This document shows positions 26,267-32,000 of a DNA stretch of 32,000 nucleotides, piece after piece. The stretch comes from Methanopyrus kandleri AV19. Its GTDB lineage: Archaea; JAADCQ01; Methanopyri; Methanopyrales; Methanopyraceae. The first letter of the stretch is position 1; each line of letters begins with the position of its first letter. The notes beneath the pieces were generated by a model. It ran no database searches and had not been told where the DNA came from. It was given only the letters and a program-made list of their open reading frames with translations. A program made the position numbers and the translations under genes. The DNA lies in assembly GCF_000007185.1 (NCBI RefSeq), contig NC_003551.1, positions 930,001-962,000 on the forward strand. Direction: 5' to 3'.

Positions 26267-27001
26267 ATGGAGGTTGAATTCATACGCTTGGCGGACGAGA
26301 TCCCGGAGTGTGAGTTCTTGATTGAGGGATACCCAGGTATAGGGATGGTGGGCGTAATCGCCATCCGCCACGTGGTGACGGAGTGCGGGGCCGAACCGGC
26401 CTTCGTGATGAAGATCGAGGACATGCCGACGGCGGCGATCGTGCACGAGGGTCGTGTGTACCCGTCAGCCGGAGTTTTCGTGCTAGACGACCTATCATTC
26501 TTCTACGCGGAGCAGGCCGATATGCGTCCCGGAGTCGTTCAGAATATCTCGGAGTCCGTAGCCGAGTTGTCCCGGGAGATAGGCGTGGAGTGCATCGTGT
26601 GTCTAGCGGGTATCAGAGCGCCTGACCTCGAGGATGAGCCCTCGCTGTACTACGCCGCCACCTCGGATAAAGCCGCCGAGCTTTTCGAGGGTATCGCGGA
26701 GCCACTCAAGGGGGGCACGATCACGGGGGTCAGCGGTCCGTTGCTCCTAGAGGGTAGCTTGCGCGGTTTGGATGCAGTCTGCTTACTCGTCGAGACTCCC
26801 GGTACGTATCCTGACCCTAAAGCGGCATCGCGGGTCGTAGAGGCCCTCAACGAGGCGTTGGGTCTCAGTGTGGACGTGTCGAAGCTCGAGGAGGAGGCGG
26901 AGCGCATCGCCAAGGCTGTTGAGGAGACCGTACAGCGTCTCCGGGAACAGCAACGGATGGAGGAAGAAGAGGCAGAACCGACGGAGAGGATGTTCGTGTA
27001 G
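26267..27001 (+). CDS. PAC2 / proteasome-assembly-chaperone-like family protein
   Basis: EFLIEGYPGIGMVGVIAIRHVV...PSAGVFVLDDLSFFY...GISGP-like GVSGPLLLEGSLRGLDAVCLLVETPGTYPDPKAASRVVEAL. Confidence 0.78.
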   Translation: MEVEFIRLADEIPECEFLIEGYPGIGMVGVIAIRHVVTECGAEPAFVMKIEDMPTAAIVHEGRVYPSAGVFVLDDLSFFYAEQADMRPGVVQNISESVAELSREIGVECIVCLAGIRAPDLEDEPSLYYAATSDKAAELFEGIAEPLKGGTITGVSGPLLLEGSLRGLDAVCLLVETPGTYPDPKAASRVVEALNEALGLSVDVSKLEEEAERIAKAVEETVQRLREQQRMEEEEAEPTERMFV

Positions 27002-27062
27002 CAGGCTGATACCTCCTCGCACCTTGAAGGCGGGGGTCCTACCTAAGGGGTTGTGAATCGGC

Positions 27063-27452
27063 TTGAAAATGCTCGCAATCACCGGGGTGAGCTTCCGAGT
27101 CGTCGAGCAACTCCTCACACAAGGGTCTACTCAGATAATAGTACGTAGCGGTAACAACCTCGACGCAGTCGTCCGCCTCCAGCCTGGTGATCTGGTCTTC
27201 GTGACCACCGTCGGCAAGCGAGAGCTCAAGAAGGGCGTCAGTGGTGTTGTAGCCACAGTGCGCTCCGTCAGCGTGGTCCACGAGCACGTCGTAACCGGGG
27301 GCGACGAGCACTTCGAGCGGGAATTCGTGGCGGCCAGACTCATCCTGAATCGGGTCGGGTCCGGTCGTGTTAGGGAGTACAAAGACTGCGGTGTGGGTCG
27401 TCGCGTGGAAGTCGACGTAGAAATGGAGTCGGCGGTTTCGGAGGCCTACTGA
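27063..27452 (+). CDS. DUF473-like protein
   Basis: MKMLAITGVSFRVVEQLL...LQPGDLVFVTTVGKRELKKGVSGVVATV...VVTGGDEHFEREF. Confidence 0.6.
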   Translation: MKMLAITGVSFRVVEQLLTQGSTQIIVRSGNNLDAVVRLQPGDLVFVTTVGKRELKKGVSGVVATVRSVSVVHEHVVTGGDEHFEREFVAARLILNRVGSGRVREYKDCGVGRRVEVDVEMESAVSEAY

Positions 27453-28237
27453 AGGGGTGGAGTGGGATCAGAAGGATCGCCGCCGGGATCCTAGTACTCC
27501 TGCCCCTGGCCCTCGTCTCCGCGTACGCGGTCTACCACGACTACGTCGAGGCCGAGAGGTACGTGAACGCTGTCCGCGCCCGTATGGGTTGGTCTCCACT
27601 ACCACCCCAACTCCTTCCCTACTGCGATCGGTTCGACTTGGTCGCGTACCAGCAGGGAGGTCTCGTAGCCTTCAAGCTCTTCGTCTACCCTCCCTTAACC
27701 GCGGTACCACCGGTCCTCCCCCAGATAAAGCCGGGTGAGGACGAGCTCAGTGTCGTCCGCACCCTGGCGTTGTTCGTGTCCGACACCATGCAATACGATG
27801 TCGGGGCGGAACCTCCGGAGTACGTACCTCCCGTGCTCCGACGCGCCTTCGCGGAGCTGGAGCTGAGGGGCAGATGGCGTGGGGCCTGTGGAACCGCCTC
27901 GTACATGTTCTCCTACCTATGCCGTCTCTATGGGATCCCGACCCGCCTCGTACTGATAGAACCCACGGATACGGGGACCGTGGTTTCGGGAACGGGACGG
28001 GAGCGTGAGAGGTTCGTACTCCACGCGCAGGTTCAGGTCTGGGTTCACGGTCGCTGGATGACCGTGGACCCTTCGGTTGGGTTAGTGGGGACCTCGGACC
28101 GGCCTGTGCAGGGGCACCGAGTACGTCCCGACGGCACTGAGCTCTACACACCTGGGGTCAAGAGCTACACGGTCTGTACCCAAGGACCTTTGGTCTTCTG
28201 GGATACGCTCACCGGGCTGGTGGAGTTGATAGTCTAG
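27449..28237 (+). CDS. Transglutaminase-like (cysteine protease fold) protein with N-terminal membrane/signal segment; N-terminus lies upstream of the first canonical start at 27563
   Basis: RGRWRGACGTASYMFSYLCRLYGIPTRLVLIEP (Cys), HAQVQVWVHGRWMTVDPS (His, Asp). Upstream same frame encodes IRRIAAGILVLLPLALVSAYAVYHDYVEAERY. Confidence 0.75.
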   Translation: MKGWSGIRRIAAGILVLLPLALVSAYAVYHDYVEAERYVNAVRARMGWSPLPPQLLPYCDRFDLVAYQQGGLVAFKLFVYPPLTAVPPVLPQIKPGEDELSVVRTLALFVSDTMQYDVGAEPPEYVPPVLRRAFAELELRGRWRGACGTASYMFSYLCRLYGIPTRLVLIEPTDTGTVVSGTGRERERFVLHAQVQVWVHGRWMTVDPSVGLVGTSDRPVQGHRVRPDGTELYTPGVKSYTVCTQGPLVFWDTLTGLVELIV

Positions 28238-30126
28238 TGCTTCTGCAGTACTTCCTCGTAGATCCTCCGAACCTTCTCGATCGTGTCCGCGTCTTCCGGA
28301 CCCAGATCGTCGCGCACGCGCACCAGTCTCGGGAACCGAAGGGCGAATCCGGACGAGTACTTCGGGCTCTTCTGGATATCCTCGAACTCCACCTCGAAAA
28401 CCACCTCAGGCTTGAACCTAACCTCACGTCCCGACTCCTCCACTATCAAGTCCTCGAACATCTTGGTCAATCGCTCGAGTGTCTCGTCGTCCATGCCCGT
28501 TCCGACCTTACCCACCTCAAGCAGGTTCTCCTTGTTCTCGTCCCAGACGGCCAGCAGGTAGGAACCGATGAGTCCCTTCCGCTTGCCCTTACCCCAAATA
28601 CCGCCGATGACCACACAATCCAGCGTCTCGAGTACCGGCTTGACCTTCAGCATCTTCTTGCCGCGGACGCCCGGAGTGTAGTTCGCGTCCAGGTCCTTCA
28701 CCATGACCCCTTCGTGGCCCATCTCTAGGGCTCGATGGAACATCTCGGCAGCCTCCTTGGGATCGTCCGTGATCACCTGCTCGACGAGCATCACCTCTCC
28801 CTCGCGCTCGCGCACTATCTCCTCGAGTCGACGTCGACGCTCTCGGAACGGGGTGTCGACCAACGACTCGCCGTCCACGTACAAGCAGTCGAAGAGGTGC
28901 AGCTCCACCGGGATCTCCTTGCGCACCTCCTCGATATCGTACTTCCGCTTGATCCTATGGAGCAGCTCCTGGAACGGTCTCGGTTTGCCCGTCTCGGGGT
29001 TGATGGCCACGGCCTCGCCCTCCAGGATGAACTCGTCCGCGTCCACGCAGTCCTTCACGGCCTCCACGATATCGGGGAGCGCGTGGGTCACGTCCTCGAT
29101 CCTCCTGGTGTACACGCGCACTTCCTCTCCGTCCGAGTGTACCTGCACGCGGGCGCCGTCCAGCTTGATCTCCACCGCGCCCTTCCCTCCGACCTCGGCG
29201 AGCGCCTCCTTCACGTTCCTCGCTGCTTGCGCCAGCATCGGCTTGATCGGTCGCATGGGTCTCAGGTCGATCTCGCGGAGACCTTCCTCGCCCTTCGTCA
29301 TCGCCACTTTGGCCACCAGTCCTAGGTCGTTCGACAGCATGTGGGCCCTCTCGACCAACTTCCTGCTCACACCGAAGGCCTGGGCGATGGCCTCCTCCAC
29401 GGTGCTCTCCCGTACGCCCGTCCGCAGCTCACTCAGCGCCTGCCGAACCAGGTAGCGGGCCTCCTTCGGCTTCGCCCTGGCGAGCAACCCCATCATCAGC
29501 CTCATCTTCCGCTTGACGGCTCCCTCACCCTCGACTTCCGCTATCTTCTCGAAGGTTTCCCTGACTTCGCCCACCATGAGGGGTCGCGAATCGAGCAGCG
29601 TCGACGTCTTCCGACGCTTCAGCAGCTCCTCGGCGGTGAGTCCGAGATCGCCGAGCCGCTTGAACAGCTCCGTGACCTCGGAGTCGGTAGACCCCGTGGC
29701 AGTCGCGATCACCTTCCGCATCAGCTTGGACCCGATGCCGAGGTCCCTCGGATCCCATCCGGGGAACACCTGATTGGCCAGGAACAGTGCGACGGTGTCG
29801 ACGACGTCCTCCGGACACTGCCGTAGGAACTGGGCGATCAGGCTTATCTTGGCCTTCCTGGAACTGATCCGCTCCAGCCTCTCGAAGGCCTCCGCCAGGG
29901 ACGAGTAGTACACGTCGTCGTCCGTCGTTTTGACCTTGAACTCGGCTCCACTGGGACCGACCGCTTTGGTGGGCTCCCTCTCCCGCTCCTCCTTACGAGC
30001 TCTCTTACGCTCCTCCGCCTCTTCCTCCTCCCTCTTCTCCTTCTTCCTACCTTTCTTCCTGGGAGGAGAGGATATGAAGAAGTCGAGTTTCCTGGATTTG
30101 GGGACGGGTCGAGTCACGTTCACCAC
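28234..30126 (-). CDS. lig: ATP-dependent DNA ligase
   Basis: VEIKLDGARVQVH (KxDG), FILEGEAVAINPETGKPRPFQELLHR, HEGVMVKDLDANYTPGVRGKKMLKVK. Confidence 0.96.
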   Translation of the reverse strand: MVNVTRPVPKSRKLDFFISSPPRKKGRKKEKREEEEAEERKRARKEEREREPTKAVGPSGAEFKVKTTDDDVYYSSLAEAFERLERISSRKAKISLIAQFLRQCPEDVVDTVALFLANQVFPGWDPRDLGIGSKLMRKVIATATGSTDSEVTELFKRLGDLGLTAEELLKRRKTSTLLDSRPLMVGEVRETFEKIAEVEGEGAVKRKMRLMMGLLARAKPKEARYLVRQALSELRTGVRESTVEEAIAQAFGVSRKLVERAHMLSNDLGLVAKVAMTKGEEGLREIDLRPMRPIKPMLAQAARNVKEALAEVGGKGAVEIKLDGARVQVHSDGEEVRVYTRRIEDVTHALPDIVEAVKDCVDADEFILEGEAVAINPETGKPRPFQELLHRIKRKYDIEEVRKEIPVELHLFDCLYVDGESLVDTPFRERRRRLEEIVREREGEVMLVEQVITDDPKEAAEMFHRALEMGHEGVMVKDLDANYTPGVRGKKMLKVKPVLETLDCVVIGGIWGKGKRKGLIGSYLLAVWDENKENLLEVGKVGTGMDDETLERLTKMFEDLIVEESGREVRFKPEVVFEVEFEDIQKSPKYSSGFALRFPRLVRVRDDLGPEDADTIEKVRRIYEEVLQKH

Positions 30127-30188
30127 CCCTACTGACGGGTGTTCGCCCCTTTAGGAATTACCCGTTTTCGCTGCGGAGGTAGCCAGAC

Positions 30189-31070
30189 ATGGTGATGGTG
30201 GAGAGGGTGGTACAGGCCCTTCCGGAGATGGAACCCGAGGATTTCAAGGTCCTACGAGCCCTCGAGCTGGAGATGCGCAGGCACGATTGGGTCCCGTTCG
30301 ATCGACTGCTCGAACGCACCGGTCTCGACGAGAAGGAGCTAGGCTACCGTCTGTCCAGACTCGATCGTTGGGATATGGTCGTCCGAACGCGACGGCAAAC
30401 GGTCGGGTATCTAGGTTACCAACTGCGTCCCGAAGGGTACGACGCCCTCGCCCTCCGGGCGCTCGTGGACCAAGGCGTGTTGGAAGGACTCGGCCCGGAG
30501 ATCGGGGTGGGAAAAGAAGCTGACGTGTACTTGGGCATCTCCCCCAAGGGCGCGCAGCTGGCCGTCAAGTTCAATCGAATCGGTCGTACCAGTTACACTA
30601 AGATCAAACGGTACCGTGAGTACGTGAAGGATAAGCGTCACATCTCGTGGCTTTACGTTAATAGACTCACGGCCGAGCGTGAGTTCGAGGCGCTTTTACA
30701 CCTGTACCCTGAGGGCGTTTCCGTCCCCAGGCCCGTCGCTCAGAACAGACACGTACTCGTGATGGAACGCTTCGAGGGACGGGAACTCGCGGAAACTCGG
30801 GTGGAAAACCCCGAGGCGGTCTTGAACCGGGTGCTCGAGGAGTACGAACACGCCCTCGAGGTCGGCGTGGTTCACGGGGACCTGAGTCAGTTCAACATAG
30901 TCGTCGAGGGCGACGACGTGCTGCTCATCGACTGGGCGCACTGGGTCGAGGTATCCCACCCCTCGGCCCGTGAGCTCGTCGAACGCGACGTACGGAACGT
31001 ATGCGACTACTTCCGCCGGAAATACGGCGTTCACAGGCATCCGCGGGAGTTCTTCGAGAATTCCGGATGA
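30189..31070 (+). CDS. rio2: Rio2-type serine protein kinase
   Basis: N-terminal winged helix; IGVGKEADVYLG, LAVKFNRIGRTSYTKIKRYREY, VVHGDLSQFNIVV, LLIDWAHWVEVSHPSARELVERDVRNVCDYF. Confidence 0.94.
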   Translation: MVMVERVVQALPEMEPEDFKVLRALELEMRRHDWVPFDRLLERTGLDEKELGYRLSRLDRWDMVVRTRRQTVGYLGYQLRPEGYDALALRALVDQGVLEGLGPEIGVGKEADVYLGISPKGAQLAVKFNRIGRTSYTKIKRYREYVKDKRHISWLYVNRLTAEREFEALLHLYPEGVSVPRPVAQNRHVLVMERFEGRELAETRVENPEAVLNRVLEEYEHALEVGVVHGDLSQFNIVVEGDDVLLIDWAHWVEVSHPSARELVERDVRNVCDYFRRKYGVHRHPREFFENSG

Positions 31071-31108
31071 GGAGGCTTACGGGGATCGAGGCGCGCCGAT
31101 GAGAGGGT

Positions 31109-31159
31109 GGCCCGTTACCGACGGGCCATTACACGTCGCGATGGGGGATAACGTTCCCC
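31109..31159 (+). promoter_or_regulatory. Two hairpins in the rio2-polyferredoxin intergenic region
   Basis: GGCCCGT-TACCG-ACGGGCC at 31109-31127 and GGGGA-TAACGT-TCCCC at 31144-31159. Confidence 0.45.
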
Positions 31160-31246
31160 GATGAATTCGACAGGGTACAACACCCGGGCCACTCTCGCAA
31201 CCGTAAAAAGAGCTAGCCTGGGAAGCTCCGCCGGGGGCTCGCGCTC

Positions 31247-32000
31247 ATGCCGATCGAGATCGATATGGACTCGTGTTTGCTGTGCGAAGCGTGCGTCGCA
31301 GCGTGTCCCACGGGTGCTATCCGCCGCGAAGATGGGGACATGAACCACTGTATCGTCTGCGGCGCCTGCGTGAAGGCCTGTCCCGTCGACGCCCTGGAGC
31401 TCGAGGACCTCGAGCGTGAAGTGGACGGAGAGAAAGTGGAACTCAAAAGGATAGCTTGGAAGCCCGAGGAGTGCCACAAGGAGGATCCACCTCAGTGCGG
31501 TGAGGTGTGCCCGCAGGAGATCATGCGGATTGAAGACGGCTATCCGGAGCTCCGCGGATTCTGCGTCATGTGCCTCAAGTGCATGGAAACGTGTCCTATC
31601 GACGCAATCGGCATGAAGGGTGTCGTCGAGCCCAAGTCCGAGCCCCCAGAGCATCCCGAGGATGAGGATGTCTATGTACACCCCGAACGGTGTGTCGGGT
31701 GCACATACTGCCTCCAGGTATGTCCGACCGACGCCATCGAAATGGTGCCGACAGATGCCGAGTTCTTCAAGGCCGAGGAGAACGAGTGGTCGCCCGTTTA
31801 CGTGGACCCGGACACGATGGAGCTGAAGCAGGGCCGGAAGGTCGCCAAGATCGACCCGGAGAAGTGCACTGGATGTACACTGTGCGCCCAGGTGTGTCCG
31901 TGGGGAGCCATTACGGCAGCGCGTGACGTACCGGTTCAGTCCCGCGAAGTCAAGAACGAGATCGACGAGGACAAGTGTGTCGGATGCGGAGTCTGTGCCG
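31247..32000 (+). CDS. Polyferredoxin, partial (runs off window end)
   Basis: Repeated CxxCxxCxxxCP motifs: CLLCEACVAACP, CIVCGACVKACP, CVMCLKCMETCP, CVGCTYCLQVCP, CTGCTLCAQVCP, CVGCGVC. Not in the ORF track because it is open at the window end. Confidence 0.92.
   Translation, partial: MPIEIDMDSCLLCEACVAACPTGAIRREDGDMNHCIVCGACVKACPVDALELEDLEREVDGEKVELKRIAWKPEECHKEDPPQCGEVCPQEIMRIEDGYPELRGFCVMCLKCMETCPIDAIGMKGVVEPKSEPPEHPEDEDVYVHPERCVGCTYCLQVCPTDAIEMVPTDAEFFKAEENEWSPVYVDPDTMELKQGRKVAKIDPEKCTGCTLCAQVCPWGAITAARDVPVQSREVKNEIDEDKCVGCGVCA

Noticed and set aside
28237-29826. Long plus-strand ORFs (28237-28728, 28735-29325, 29341-29826) opposite DNA ligase, and minus ORF 28703-29455
   Set aside because: Mirror-strand or out-of-frame shadows of a high-confidence ligase gene, with His/Leu/Arg or Ser/Arg-biased composition.
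31115-31681. 188-aa minus-strand ORF opposite the polyferredoxin
   Set aside because: No family features; the opposite strand has strong repeated 4Fe-4S motifs, so this is a shadow ORF in GC-rich DNA.
1-32000. CRISPR array, transposon ends, toxin-antitoxin or restriction system
   Set aside because: No regularly spaced short direct repeats, transposase, integrase, nuclease-helicase or methylase motifs were recognised in any reading frame.
1-32000. In-frame UGA selenocysteine genes
   Set aside because: Methanopyrus has selenoproteins, but I found no coherent ORF continuing past an in-frame TGA here. The two split genes need frame changes, not stop readthrough.

Overview
The gene style, high GC, acidic proteome and RNA features suggest a Methanopyrus-like hyperthermophilic methanogen; this is inference, no database was searched. 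The window is dense, mostly housekeeping archaeal chromosome. It carries a cofE homologue, thrC, SRP (7S) RNA, a DUF2070-like membrane protein, a MurG-like glycosyltransferase, a SEC59/dolichol-kinase-like protein, a site-2 protease, class I LysRS, four radical SAM proteins, ribosomal protein S19, mevalonate kinase, a tRNA gene, a Mur-ligase homologue, a PAC2-family protein, a transglutaminase-like protein, ATP-dependent DNA ligase, Rio2 kinase and a polyferredoxin. I see no CRISPR array, transposon or obvious defence island. The observations most worth a second look are: (1) a large putative cell-surface protein with a NodB/deacetylase-like head and three 95-aa repeats, split by a +1 frame change and apparently lacking an AUG/GUG/UUG start; (2) two further genes whose expected N-termini extend upstream of every canonical start codon, hinting at non-canonical initiation or sequence errors; (3) a second split gene needing a -1 shift near 15.42 kb; (4) a tRNA gene with C at position 8, which would need C-to-U editing, plus one extra nucleotide in the anticodon arm; (5) a GC-rich SRP RNA buried under spurious ORFs; (6) a GC-rich leader hairpin; (7) a DNA ligase with a charged N-terminal extension carrying a possible PCNA-binding motif; and (8) start/start and stop/stop codon overlaps through CATG and CTAG.
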